A DNA stretch of 64,000 nt from Haliotis rufescens (Eukaryota). Below the pieces are notes generated by a model that was not told the origin of the DNA, ran no database searches, and saw only the letters and a program-made list of their open reading frames with translations. Position 1 is the first letter of the stretch. Every line of letters begins with the position of its first letter. Position numbers and translations under genes: made by a program. The stretch lies in the NCBI RefSeq assembly GCF_023055435.1, contig NW_025964001.1, positions 4,588,001 to 4,652,000 of the forward strand, written 5' to 3'. Below, piece by piece: positions 39,461 to 52,767 of this stretch.

Positions 39461-40284
39461 TCGAGTTTATTGTAATTATTTTTAAAAACACAAACTACGG
39501 AAGTGTCGATGCAGGTGAAGCTAGTTGTGGGAACATGGGCAGTTAACTCAATGACAATGCGCGGTAGGTGTGAGGCTAACGGTCTGTGTATCCTCGAGCG
39601 TAACCAGTGCTTCTCAGAAAGACGCATCAAGAGGAAGCACCACGCGGGCCATGTCTGCCAGCAAACCCCCTGTGAAATTGAGGTCAAAGATGACGGTATG
39701 GTGAACATAATCAACGTGTCAGTGATTTAATTTATTTCCCATCTATAAGAGACGCGAACATTCAATTTTACCCTCCTAATAAGTAAACGTTGAATTTCCC
39801 AGTTTTCAACGAACGATACAAATTATAAACGTTATACATATTCTAATTAAATTTAATAGTTGAAACATGTTCTCATAAGTGTAAATTCTAAATTTTAAGA
39901 AGGTTCATATAGATACATGGCCTACCAAACCTAAAAAACCCCACATGAACACAATTTGGGAATTGTATGCTCTATCCTAACGCGTAATGTGTTAATCCTT
40001 TTCGACATGGAACATACACATGGTAAGGAATAAACATAATTGCCTCTCTTCCCGCACACGGCCAGAACACTTTCTTTGGGTAGTTGGATCGTAAACTCAA
40101 GACTCCCGCGCCAGTCTCCCACTGTCGGCGACTGGCGGAGAGAGTGGGAGCTATTGCAATACGCTTGTTTACAACATTACGACGGCGAACGTAATTGCAC
40201 GTTACGACACAATTACGAGAAGATTTTCCTGTCGGTAGTGATCGTTTATTGGCGAATGGCTCCCAACACGGATAGTCTTCTACC

Positions 40285-40401
40285 CGCAAGGCGTGACGTC
40301 ATTTCCGCTTCCGCGTCTCGGCCATTAATGCTGATGCTATCGGGCCTAATATGGGTAGCTTTGTCTCGGCTTCATGCGAGATCTAGTCGATTGTTGTAAG
40401 T
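40285..40401 (+). promoter_or_regulatory. Promoter-like cluster
   Basis: CRE palindrome tgacgtca next to atttccgcttccg (ETS-like). CpG-rich, with gtaagt at 40396. Confidence 0.3.
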
Positions 40402-40740
40402 GAAACAATGCCACAAAAAACCACAGTCCCGTCAGTGTGATATTGTTAATGCATTTGGTGGATTCTTTTTGTGTTCACTTGGGAATTTTGTAACAAAATT
40501 TGAGTCATTTGGGATAACAATATCAGAAACAATATTGTTGCAGAAAGGATATCCTGTTATCATGTTTTGAAAATAATGAGCGAGTGGATATTGTCCTACG
40601 ATGCAATCATCAATATTCCAGGTATATCACGGCGACCTCTCATTGATAGAGTGTGGACAGACAATGCCAAGCCGTCGGAGAAACCACTAGACCCCAGTTT
40701 ACGTTGGCTTTTACGGCAAGTATTGGTCACCATGGGTATA

Positions 40741-41041
40741 TGAAGATCCTGGTTAGAATAGGTCTTCAGCAACCCATGCTTGTCGTAAAAGGCGACTACT
40801 CGTTATGGGTCTAGAACTCCAGGCTCTTCACTGTTACGCGACTAACAGGATCGGATGATCAGGCTCGCTGACTTGGTTGATGCATGTCATCGTATCCCAA
40901 TTGCGTAGATCGGTGTTCATGGTATCAGTCACTGGATTGTCTGGTCCAGACTTGATTATTTACAGACCGCCGTCAAATAGCTGGAATATTGCGGCGTAGA
41001 ACAACAAACAAACAGCCAACCAACCAAACAAACAAACAAAC
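40741..41041 (+). mobile_element. Family H element (expanded-insert variant)
   Basis: tgaagatcctggttagaataggtcttcagcaaccc..., a ~50-nt insert before gcgactaac, and a (caaa)n tail. Confidence 0.85.
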
Positions 41042-42271
41042 ACCTCGGGTATGCGTGTCGTACGAGGTGTCTTAATGGGTCGGTGGTGAGGCTTGGCTAC
41101 CTGCTTGTTTGTATGCTATATGTTATATGAATCATTAGATTGTTTGGTCCAGATTATATCATGTCCAGCTGTCGTGCATCTTGAACATTGCTGGGTGAGG
41201 CGTTTAACAACACACACACTTTTACCGCACAGATACCGCACAGTATCAGTATACTCAAGCGGACTTGTCATAATCACGGTCCATTGAAACATGAAACCCT
41301 CTTAGAAAGCCGGCTGCTAGAAATCAACAAACAGGAATTGACATATAGCTAAGTTTGAAAAAAATCACCACACTGACCAAAGACTAGCATAAACAAACAA
41401 TTATGGTACTATATGATTTGTATTTAATATGACCATATGATGTACCGAGGACAGGTGGCCATGTACTATAAAGGTAAATTTGGGCGATGTACTCCACGGT
41501 CGGGGGATTTAGCCTCGGCGGGGGTGGGGTAGAGGGTGGGGGGTCTTGTGGGAAGGGGTGGTGGGTTGGGGGGGGGGTAGGCATTGTTTTCTCTGAAAGT
41601 AGATGCCGACCATTTTTTTCACAACATATTTTTTTTCATGACAACCAGCATGTGTAGCGACCATTTTTTTTTGAAGTCCTTGAAAAAAAAGTTTTTTACA
41701 GGAACAAATTGTTTTCTGGAACAAATTATTTATTGAAAAAAACATACACAAAAACAGGCCCCCGGAATACCAAATGGTGGGTTTCCTTACCAACAGCGTT
41801 TCGTATGAATCTTTTGCCCGGTATCTGTACTTTAACGCCAACCTACCTGAACACACGCATGCACGTGTGTGTCTTTAACAGCGCCCACACTGCTAGGTCA
41901 CTTACGAATGCACATGCGCGTGTCATTAGCATGTGGAGAAATAAACTCTCCTAAAACGTTTGGAATGATTGTTTCTGTGAACAATTTGCGATTTATGTAA
42001 CAGATTTCACAATAAACTGTTTCCATAATTGAAACTGACACTAATCGACTTAAACGCTGTAGAAGGCATCACAAGTAAATTTCTTGTTTTGATTTTGAAA
42101 TAACGCATGAAGGTTCAGCGCCTGAGCGACTTGACATCACTCATCAGGATGTAGGACAAACTCACTGACATTCATAAACTGGAAATAATAATAGAAAAAC
42201 AATAACTACGGAAGACAACCCCCAACAGAGCCTGGGAAGTATGTAAGTTATCGGGACGCCTACAGATACAA

Positions 42272-42473
42272 TAGGACTTCAGCAACCCATGCTTGCCGTA
42301 AATGGCGACTGTGCTTGTCGTAGGAGGCGGCTAAGGGGATCGGGTGGTCAGACTCGCTGGTTGATGTATGTCATTGTATCCCAATTGCGTGGATCGATGC
42401 TCATGTTGTCAACCACTGGATTGTCTGGTCCAGACTCCATTATTTACAGACCGCCGTCATATAGCTGGAATAT
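42272..42473 (+). mobile_element. Family H element split by a LINE insertion (3' remainder at 43477-43507)
   Basis: The H consensus breaks at gctggaatat and resumes as gagtgcagtgttaaaaaacaaac at 43477. Confidence 0.8.
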
Positions 42474-43476
42474 GATATAATAAGATAATAATATAATTTA
42501 TTACAGTGTCATGTGTTACAAAATAATACAACATTTAGCACATACTTAAAATACAAACACCAGGCCTCAGAGGGCCGAAATGACACCTTAAGATATTACA
42601 AATATTAAAATACAATTAGATTTAAAAAGTTATCATGCACATTCTTAATATCTACATATACACATATTCTCTAACACAATCACATAATGCATACACACAT
42701 ACGCACGCACGCACGCACGCACGCACACACACGCACAATCAATCATTCTAATATTCTCCCGCACATACTAAACAGACACCCAAACACATTCACATATCAC
42801 CCANNNNNNNNNNNNNNNNNNNNNNNNNNNNNNNNNNNNNNNNNNNNNNNNNNNNNNNNNNNNNNNNNNNNNNNNNNNNNNNNNNNNNNNNNNNNNNNNN
42901 NNNNNNNNNNNNNNNNNNNNNNNNNNNNNNNNNNNNNNNNNNNNNNNNNNNNNNNNNNNNNNNNNNNNNNNNNNNNNNNNNNNNNNNNNNNNNNNNNNNN
43001 NNNNNNNNNNNNNNNNNNNNNNNNNNNNNNNNNNNNNNNNNNNNNNNNNNNNNNNNNNNNNNNNNNNNNNNNNNNNNNNNNNNNNNNNNNNNNNNCATCT
43101 ACACACACTCCATATCCTTTCTTCTGACCGTACCAACATTCATATCCCCTCCCCACACACACCCATAACCCATAATCTCACACACTCAATTACACTTGTC
43201 ATATAAAATTCATATTGAATAGTTATTGTACACCTTGCAGCCTTTTGTGATCCATTTCCTGAATACATCTCGCCAATTCCAACTGGATACATTCAGTGTT
43301 CGTCAACCACTTATATTTATCTGACGTGGACGGTTCACAGAAACTACTGAACTGATTATTGCATGTATCAAATAAACATTTCCTTAAATCATTGTAGAAT
43401 TTGCACACCACCACAAAGTGTACTTCATCTTCGATTAACTGTTCCTGACATAGCTGACAAAGTCTATTTACCAAAG
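42474..43476 (-). mobile_element. 5'-truncated non-LTR retrotransposon 3' end (possibly RTE-X-like), spanning an N gap
   Basis: ORF2 C-terminus, TG-rich 3' UTR, aataaa and a short A/T-rich tail on the minus strand. The clade assignment is tentative. Confidence 0.75.
43223..43474 (-). pseudogene. LINE ORF2 C-terminal CCHC zinc-knuckle fragment
   Basis: RLCQLCQEQLIEDEVHFVVVCKFYNDLR matches the RxCxxC..EDExHF...C..Y..LR motif at the end of non-LTR ORF2 proteins. Confidence 0.85.
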
Positions 43477-43779
43477 GAGTGCAGTGTTAAAAAACAAACA
43501 AACAAAGAAACAGACTCATATAATTACAGGCTGCTTAAAACAACAAAGCTAGATACAAGCTGGACCGAAGGATGGATCAGGTGGTTTCAAAGTGTGACCT
43601 GACTTTGTGTCGTCATACCCTGATAGGGTTAGTCAATGCTCATGCTGTCGACCTCTTGCTGAGATGCAACTATCATCGTTATTATATTGGGTAACAAACG
43701 TATGGGTTCTTAGGCTTTCGATTTGATCAAAACAATAATTCACACGTGACAAGGTTCTTCAACGTTGTTTATCAGAACT

Positions 43780-43901
43780 GGGGTGGTCGAGTAGCCTAGT
43801 TGTTTAAGCCGAAGACCCGGGTTCGATTCCCGACATGGGTACAATGTGTGAAGCCCATTTGCCTGAATATTGCTAAAAGCGGCGTAAAACTATACTCACT
43901 C
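43780..43901 (+). mobile_element. Family T SINE with deletions
   Basis: gtagcctagt...gaagacccgggttcgattcccgacatgggtacaatgtgtgaagcccattt...gcggcgtaaaac. Confidence 0.8.
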
Positions 43902-45284
43902 CCATTTTACCAGTACTACAGTTGTGAGTGAGGGAATATACTCAAACACAAAATTTATTGTGACGTAAGTTTTTAAGTGAAAAGAATCCACGTCACAAGA
44001 ACTTCTGCCTTTGAGTATATTTTTAAACGCCGAAACAACATTTCTTCAGCTCTCCGCGCGAGTATTTATTAGAGAATCCAGCATTTAAGGAATAAAAACA
44101 TATGTGTCCGCTTGTTTACTGCCGATTAACCCTAGGTAAATAAACAGAAGAATCAAATACCGTTTCTTACTGTTATCTTATCAAAATTACATTTACACAT
44201 CGTGGAGTTTGGTTGTTTTGTTTCTTAACTTGGTGTGTTCCGACTGTGTTCACGTCAATCATATTATTTGTCTTTAAATACTCGCACCGCTCATTGCTAC
44301 TATTAGCCTTGCCTGGCCCGTAGCCCGAATATACCGCACACATTCTCAACTCCCCGAGGAGAATCTCGCTCCTCTTATCACCCTCAGATCTCTGTAGGCC
44401 CATAATTCTGTAACGTCCCATTAACTGCAACGTTTCCCAATATTGCTGAGTCACAAGAAACGGCGGCGAAGAGTATCTACATAGACAAGAAAACACATGC
44501 CATCATTTTTTATTGAACAAATTGTATGGGTCTTGATTGTGTTAAGCCAGGTGCTATAAAAGCCTTGTCCCATCGGGTGGTGTTTCTCTCACAAGGTGGC
44601 GATACGTCACAAAAAGGTCTTTATTTGCTTAGAGCCTAACTTTATCCGTCCCGGGAGATGGCGGCTACACTAGAATTTCGATAACGTGGAAGTTTTAGGG
44701 GAGCCAAGGGAGGGCGTGGTCTTTGTGTGGATGCTAGCACGTGCTGCACGATACCCATGCGTTTCCCGAGGATAGTCTAACAAGGTCCCGGTGACAGTTC
44801 GCGATACCAGCTATCGCCCAATGTAGTTTCATTAAAACGACAATTTGTCCCACGAGGCTTATAGTAGAGGCGTAAAAGCTCTGAGTCGAGGCGCCGACCC
44901 GCACTGATCAGAACATATCGTATACAAAGAGAAACGTTCCTCTCCGTCGAAGCATCTGTACAGTGTAATCTCTTTGCACATAATGCAGTGTGATTGCAGT
45001 CCCTGTGGTGACATTGAAGCTTATATGCATCGCATGATCCTGTGCCTGGCGGGTGTACCGTGACCACGCATCGACCATGCCCCGGTACCTACAATCCCAG
45101 CGGTAATCTTGGCCTCTGGGGCTTGTGTAACAGACTGAGTGACCCACTGCACAAACCGCCTCAGAAGAAGGTGAATTCAATTCGTTGTAATTCCTATTCT
45201 GAAACGGTTTTGGATTCAGATGAGTTTAGAGACGAGTGAGTGAGATTTTTACGCCGCTTTGAACTGTGCGCCCAACACTGAATG

Positions 45285-45556
45285 GTTGGTTGGTTGGTTG
45301 GTTTCTTGTTTAACGCCGCACTCAGCAATATTCCACATATATGACGGCGGTCTGTAAATAAACGAGTCTGGACCAGACAATGCAGTGATTAATATCCCGA
45401 GCATCGATCCACACTGTTGGAATCGATGACATGCATCAACCAAGTCAGCGAGCCTAACCACCCGATCCCGTTAGTCACCTCTTTCGACAAGCATAGTCGC
45501 CTTTTACAGCAAGCATTGGTTGCTGAAGACCTATTCTACCCCGGATCTTCACGGGT
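45285..45556 (-). mobile_element. Family H SINE-like element, full length
   Basis: A 14-bp TSD cccaacactgaatg directly abuts the 5' end acccgtg. Confidence 0.92.
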
Positions 45557-47525
45557 CCCAACACTGAATGAAACACACGGGCATAATGCCACTGTTATAA
45601 TGCCACACTGGTTATAACACCGTCCCGGCTATAATGCCATGTATTTTTCAGAACGGATTTCCTCAGCGTAAATTATAATGCTTATAACACCCACGTGGGT
45701 AGAATTAACGCATTTCTTTAAATTTTGACAAATAATTGGCAATCTATTTATTTTTTTGGAGATAATTCCCTCTTCATGTCTTCTAAATCAACAAACTAAC
45801 TGCATTGATGTCCAATACCCACACTGAGAATCATTCACTTTCTTGAAATAACAATCTCATTAGTTTCAAGTTAATGATAATATCCTTTTCTTTAAGTTTA
45901 AAAAAAATGGCATTTCTCAAATGTATTGATGAGACTCAATTTCAGCATAAATGAAAAGATGTAGTGATTATCATCATGTACATGGAGAGAGACCTGATTT
46001 GCTACCATAAACAATCTTTCTATGAATATGCCTTCAAGGCGAATGAACAAAACGATCTATAATAGTTAGTTATACAGTTTCATTTGAAGATAAAGGCAAC
46101 ATTAAATCGCAGTATTTCAATTCAATTCTTTATTTCACTGATGCGGCGTAAATCCTTATTCATTCTTTATTTCAGCTGTTAGCCAGCAGGCACATCTACA
46201 AAATATTATTCAATAAATACGACGTAAAACACGTTAAAATATTCAACAATACGTTTCAGAGACGTAAAGCGCTGCTCCTTATCTGATATGATAGATCCTG
46301 TTCAATCTATCATATTCCTGAAAATATTACTTAAATGCAAAATATTTTAAAGCTCACGATAACTATTTTAAAACAGGACAAGAATGAATTATTTATAATG
46401 AAACATAACTGTCGGTTTGAGATAAGCCGATGTAGAAAAAATAGTTTTGAAGATTCGAACAAGGAATTGACATCCATCAATGCCGCAGACAGAAGCACAC
46501 ATACACTTATCTACGTAAACAATACACTCTACACAGGCTGAGTCTCGCAAGTTATCGGTAAAATCTCGACAAGTATGCAACTGTTAAAATGCCGCGCATA
46601 GATGACTATGATGCATGGCAGCGACACATGAAGCGCGTGCATTATATTTGTGCTTCATTATCTCAATATATTAAAACATTATTTTTGTCATTTTTTCTCG
46701 ATGCGAAAAACATGGCTTGAGCAAATTTATGAGAATGGAACCCAGAAAGGCCATGTTCGCAGCACATGGTAAACATTGAACCACAGACATGCTTTCCTTA
46801 TCATCATGTTAATTGACAGTTATTTTAACCAGAAGAATATTTCAACTCAACGTTGCAAAAACAATACAAAGAATATTTCTTTACATCAGTTGTTTTGTAT
46901 TAGTGTCGTTTGGATATAGAGGATATTTTGTTCATCACTTTTAAAATAGGTTTTGTCGTATCTTGAAATTTCTAATTGCTACTTCCAGATTTCAGAGATT
47001 TCGTGCAATTCCGATCTCAGTTGACCGAGCGTCCCGGTTCCTGACAAAACTGTGCCATGTGAACTTTCAACACTATAAGCCATAGGGTAACTCTAGCCAT
47101 GATGGCGTCCAGCAATATCCATGCCTTCTTCAGCAATATTATTGCCGCTTCGTGGACCAGGACAGTTCATAACGCATACCCACAATATATGGGAGTCGAA
47201 CCCGAAATCTTTATTGACATTGTATCACGATAAAAACCTCGGCTACCGAACGATCCCCTGGAGACATGTTCACGATGCACACTCGGTCTACGACCATTGG
47301 TCAATGTGAGAGTAGACTTACACACGTCTATAAGGCAATAATTATTAGTTTAAATCAAAATTTCTAGATTATGTAAATAATAAGAACAAATTGTCCCTTT
47401 TAATGACTGGCGTCCTTAGACTGTCTGGTTATCTAGACTTGCCTATTGAAAGGATAGAATTACGACACACCCATGAACTCGTCGTTCAGTACAGCCTTGG
47501 AGCAAGGCTAGTGTTAAAGTATCAG

Positions 47526-47632
47526 GGCCCCGTTCCACAAAGCGATCGTAGCACTACGACTGTCGTAAGTCTATGTTAAAGTATGGGAGTTACGATCATC
47601 GTAGCGCAACGATCACTTTGTGGAACAAGGTC
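47526..47632. mobile_element. 107-bp Harbinger-like MITE
   Basis: TIRs ggccccgttccacaaagcgatcg / cgatcactttgtggaacaaggtc, with CAG on both sides. Confidence 0.85.
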
Positions 47633-48257
47633 CAGAGCTATACTATCGTGATCCTCAAACTGCTTCATAAAGTGTCCCTAATGCACTTGGTATAAGCTTA
47701 CGGGAGCCCGAAAGCTGCGGTCGCTGTTTGAAACGTCCTGGTTCGAAATACAACAGTATATAATGTGTTCTTGGAAAGAACATTCCGCCATTATAAACAG
47801 GACTTCAGACATCATCCGTCCATCCGCTAGGATGAAAAGTTCTTCAAAGATTCTTCTTTTAACAGACAGTCGTAAACAACTTCTTGTTTGGACGATATCC
47901 TTCTATCATGACAGAAAGCTACAAGTGTGTAGAGTCCGATCCCTGCAACTACACACAGAGATAGGCCTGGTCGGTTTGTCGTAGTCTCTGACATCGCTCC
48001 TGGTAACTTTGAAGATTAGAACAAAGTGAGCGGTATGTGATGTTACAAGTGGAAAGCGATTCCGGACCACCATTCTGCGTTTGTTAGGCTGTATATCCGC
48101 CATGTAGTTGCAGTATATCACTCTCAATTAAACTTGGAACAGACAGGGAGGTGATAGATCACCTTGGCTGGTTCTCGGGCCTGTGATTCAAAGCGGTGCT
48201 GCGGAGTTCGGGATAGACTACCACGTGGTATATACTGTCTGTTTGTATTCCTGGGAC

Positions 48258-48590
48258 GGGACCGCTTCCGTGGTCTAGTCATAGATAGTCCGACCGGCAA
48301 GCGAAAGGTTCGGGGTTCGATCCCCGGCCGCGTCATACCAAACTATTTTTAAAATGGTACTTGCTGTTACCCTGCCTGGCGCTAAAACAAGGACTGGTCG
48401 GCTCAGAGTCGGTATACTATGTCTGACTGGGATATTCATTGTAAACTGGGGCATGGTATCTCCGTGGGCTATAGCTAGCACTATAACATCGGCTTTAGTC
48501 CGGACTATTACAAGCAGCCACACGCACACACTCGTAGCTATTTAAGTGCAATAATTTTGAACGCGACGTTAAACCCAATTTAACCTCACC
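48258..48590 (+). mobile_element. Family M SINE, diverged
   Basis: gaccgcttccgtggtctagt...gtcataccaaaac...aaatggtacttgctgttaccctgcctggcgct...cgcgacgttaaacccaattt. Confidence 0.85.
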
Positions 48591-48656
48591 GATATACATG
48601 TGACGGGGTTTTGCCTTAATTGTGTATAACAGTGTATGTGCACTTCATTTGTAGGA

Positions 48657-48803
48657 GGGGCGGTCGGGTAGCCTAGCGGTTTAAGCGTTCGCTCGTCACG
48701 CCGAAGACCCGGGTGGGTACAATGTGTGAAGCCCATTTCTGGTATCCGCCGGGATATTGCTGGAATATTGCTAAAAGCGGCGTAAAACCATACTCACTCA
48801 CTC
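48657..48803 (+). mobile_element. Family T SINE (B-box region deleted)
   Basis: Matches the 49416 copy. TSD tttgtagg. Confidence 0.85.
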
Positions 48804-49415
48804 GTTTGTAGGGGAAACCCTCCTATTACCAATACACAATATATTTAAAGCGATGGGAATGTTGATGAGACCATTTGGATTCGAAAAGGGAATTATACCT
48901 GCATGGGTGGCGGGGTCCTTTCACTCAAAGGCTTGTTGTCTACATAGTTTTTGAGTTAATGATTAAAAAAAGCATTTGTGAAGTTATTATTCTTGGCGTA
49001 TTTATTAATAAGAATTGACAAGTCAATTCTTAAGAAACTCAACATCCGTTTTAACACGTTTTGCATTCGTCACGCCATTCATAATGTGTCAGACTTTTTA
49101 AATAATGCCTCGTTCCCGTCACTTCATACTTCAAGCCGCAAGGGACGTGGCCAAAAAAGTTTAAATTTATTGATTTTTACGTCTAAGATGAATCATTTGA
49201 AAAAAATAATCTCCCAACTCATTTTGGGAGGGAAAAAGAGTTATAAAAGACAAGAATATTTATTTTGATTGTCTTTTATTTTTTTTTATTTTCACCATGT
49301 TGAACCGGTTTGACAACCCCGTGCGTACACTGGGGCAGAGTTCTCAGCCCTTATAGTCACAAAACTGAGGATCGGATGGTCACAATGTGTGACCTAGCTG
49401 TGTCACCATGCCCTG

Positions 49416-49577
49416 GGGGCGGTCGGGTAGCCTAGTGGTTACAGCGTTCGCTCGTCACGCCGAAGACCCGGGTTCGATTCCCGACATGGGTACAATGTGT
49501 GAAGCCCATTTCTGGTGTCCTCCGCCGTGATATTGCTGGAATATTGCTAAAAGCGGCGTAAAACCATACTCACTCAC
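49416..49577 (+). mobile_element. Family T short tRNA-derived SINE, full length
   Basis: A box tagcctagtgg, B box ggttcgattcc, tail gctggaatattgctaaaagcggcgtaaaacc..(ctca)n. 13-bp TSD tcaccatgccctg. It is inserted in an old H relic (~49368-49705). Confidence 0.92.
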
Positions 49578-50084
49578 TCACCATGCCCTGACAGTGGTGA
49601 TCGTATCTCATGATGTCAGCCATTGGTTTGTCGGCCATATTGGTTACAGGCTACCATGCTACAGTTGTCATATTGCTGACTGCGGCGTTTAACAACATTC
49701 ACCTCACTGCTTAACGGTTATGGGGGATCGTGGTAAACTGCAACAAAACGGTTGACCCACTGTGGGGAAGGGTCAGGGTTCCTAATCTGCTCATGCACAC
49801 AAGCCACCTATTCATGACCAGTCACTAAGAGCGTCGACATTTCTCGCTTTATCTCGCACATTTTGAAGATTCTAGGGCGGCGCTGGTCGACTTACCTGAC
49901 ACCATGTGCGTGATCGGGCGTTCTGACAATGCTGTTATGTTAACTGTTGTTTTTCCCGCAATTTTGTATGTATCACAGTATTTGTGTTTAACTATCATCA
50001 GAATACAGGTTGCAGGCATATCTCGCTGCTGTTAAAAAGAGCAAGGCGGTGGAATGCACGGGAATTGGGACTGACTCACGTTGA

Positions 50085-50310
50085 TTAACCTAGCCTTGCG
50101 TTTGGCCGCTTTTCACATATTTCGCGGTGTGGGGGGAAAGCCCGAAGTGATACGTTACCACTTGTTGTAACCACCCACGAACACGGCTAAGGTGATGACA
50201 AGCCTAGAATCGCAATCAGGACAATTTGGGATTCGAACCAATGAACATAGGATTCCGACACGCCTAAGGGACACAACTCTGCACAGATGTCTGGACCACC
50301 TGTGCCCCCA
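50085..50310 (-). mobile_element. Family V SINE, degenerate
   Basis: gtggggggaaagcccgaagtgat, gggattcgaacc and caactctgcacag. Confidence 0.65.
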
Positions 50311-52247
50311 CGAAACCTTGATCACAAGGACGGACATTTATGACAAGAAGAAATATTAGGCCACCACAAACTGGTAGGTATTATTCGGTCAAAAAACATC
50401 TTTTTGTGAAAAACAAGCTTTGGGAGTTTGGAGATGTGATGAAGTTACCAAGTTTCAGAAAAAACGCTATGGAACCCCAGAATGGGCATTGTCGCATTTT
50501 CGCGCTTTGGCTCATTTTCACACCTTTTGCTTGTTTTTGTGAGAATGACAATGCGACAACGACACAATGTCCGTTCTAGGGACAAAACCAAAAAGTACGA
50601 TCTGGAAACATCAAACGTGAAAGATATTTCGTGTGAATTCCATTCAGTAGCAATTGATTGGCCTTTAAAAATTGAATTATGACACATTGTTCACCATGTC
50701 GTCATTTCGGGCAAAAATTCAAGGAGATTCTCAAAGTCCCCAGCTAATACCCTTGGCTTCTGAACATGTGATACACGATGCGGATTCGAAGTGACTTCAG
50801 ACAGAACCATACTGCAGCCTCTAGAAATGGGGATGTTCAACGCCAGAGATTGAGCAAGAAAATAATCACAATGTACTTGATTAGGATCGGTATATGTGTG
50901 CAAACTTGATTTTTTTAACTTATTCACTTTCGGGAACACTAACGCACCACGATACACGTTAAGTAAGCCATGAAAAACAATCAGAATTAAGAGCCCCGTG
51001 CTTCGTGTCAGATCGACGTTTCTTTTTCCGCCAAGGTCAAGGTCACCAACTTTTTTTTTCAAACCCTCATCCTCAATTATCTCATAACATTTTGACTTCA
51101 TGTCACCTTTTTCTGTCAAGGTCAAGGTTGATAACAGCATGTCGGGCTCAGATAAAAAAAACTGAATCTCAGATATTTGTTTCATCGATTCCATGGTTTG
51201 CAAATGTTCTACCAAAAAGACCCCCCATTGGTGTCAGCGTTGATTAACGATAATGTGAGAGCACGCTGGTGTCTAATTCGCGTGAGAAATTTGATTTTAC
51301 TGTAATTTAATGAATCGAGAATACATGGATTAAGATGAAGGTTTTAGGGGTTGAAGTCCATGCTGGCATCCATTACCTCAGTTATGAGGGTCTAATCCAT
51401 GTATATGTTAAGGTCGCTGTGACCCGGACAGCCCCGTCTCCATACAGACGGAATGATTTTCCTCAGGAGATAAAGATTAAGAAAGGTTTCCATTTCGAAT
51501 GACAGACCTCCCGTATATCATTACATTTACACTTATTGATTGCGGCTGTGGATAATGTAACTGGGAATTATAGATAGATAGATTTGAAATCTTTGGAAAT
51601 GGAATTTGCAACCTTTTTGGGTAAAAATAATGCATATGGCCACAAAACCGGTGGCCAAAAAAACTTTTAAAACTAATTTTACACGTGGAACCAATTTCAT
51701 TACCTACAAATGAGCTGCTAAAGAAAATACTGTCTGTTTATATCAAGTTTAGTCTGTCTCCCAAACCCCAGAGGAATTATAAAAAAAAAATCCAACTCAA
51801 GTCTAGAATGGTTCGGCAAGTCTAGATTGCCTTGAAATTAAGCATTGTTCTGGGCTCCATTTGTATTGTATTTAATATTGTTTTATTTCTTATGCGAATA
51901 AGGAGTTGCAGGAACTTGTGGATCAGCCTCCGGTTGGGACAGCTGCTTGCATTCCTTCAACACTGTATGTATTATGCTGTCTTTGATTTCTTATGTTAAC
52001 CAAGACGACGATAAGACATTGCCAGCATTGCGATACTCCCAAACTAGAGACATAACACCGACGACAAGGTGCGAGCAGCTTCTAATTCATCATAATGATT
52101 TGTTGTGAATGCTGCACACCGCCCTGGCATAATAAACGTGGCAAGGAAAAGGAAATCTGAACTTAAAGTTAACAAACTGACTTCGTGTCTTGCGAGTTTG
52201 TACATTACTGACATTCTGGTGAAAAATTGGCGAGTTTGGCTGCAAAT

Positions 52248-52720
52248 AGCTGCTGAATAGGTGACTGTCGAATGTAGTTGCTGAATAGATGTCGAATATA
52301 GTTGCTAATAGGTGACTGTCGAATATAGTCGCTGAATAGATGTCGAATATAGTTGCTGAATACGTGTCGAACATAGTTGCTGAATAGGTGACTGTCGAAT
52401 ATAGTTGCTGAATAGATGTCGAATATAGCTGCTGAAATGGTGTCGAATATAGTTGCTGAATAGCTGTCGAATATAGCTGTTGAATAGCTGTCGAATATAT
52501 CTGCTGAATAGCTGTCGAATATATCTGCTGAATAACTGTCGAATATAGTTGTTGAATAGCTGTCGAATATAGCTGCTGAATAGCTGTCGAATATAGCTGT
52601 TGAATAACTGTCGAATATAGCTGTTGAATAACTGTCGAATATACCTGTTGAATAACTGTCGAATAAAGCTGTTGAATAGCTGTCGAATAAAGCTGCTGAA
52701 TATTAGTAGCTGTTGAATAG
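52248..52720. repeat. 24-bp minisatellite
   Basis: Unit gctgaatagctgtcgaatatagtt with variants. Confidence 0.93.
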
Positions 52721-52767
52721 GTCCTGTGTCGGGGAATAAACTGGAAGTACCTAGTTGACCTTGGTCC

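Noticed and set aside
36597-39491. Many overlapping long minus-strand ORFs
   Set aside because: All frames give the same peptide because of a 25-bp stop-free unit; there is no evidence of a CDS.
42506-42587. Hammerhead-like three-way junction (gtgtcat/atgacac, gtgtt/aacac, ggcc-tcagag-ggcc, gaaa)
   Set aside because: The CUGANGA core and the NUH site are absent; it is better explained as the LINE 3' UTR stem-loop read on the other strand.
49416-49490. tRNA genes at SINE heads
   Set aside because: A/B boxes are present, but they continue into SINE bodies with tails and TSDs and lack a proper acceptor stem.
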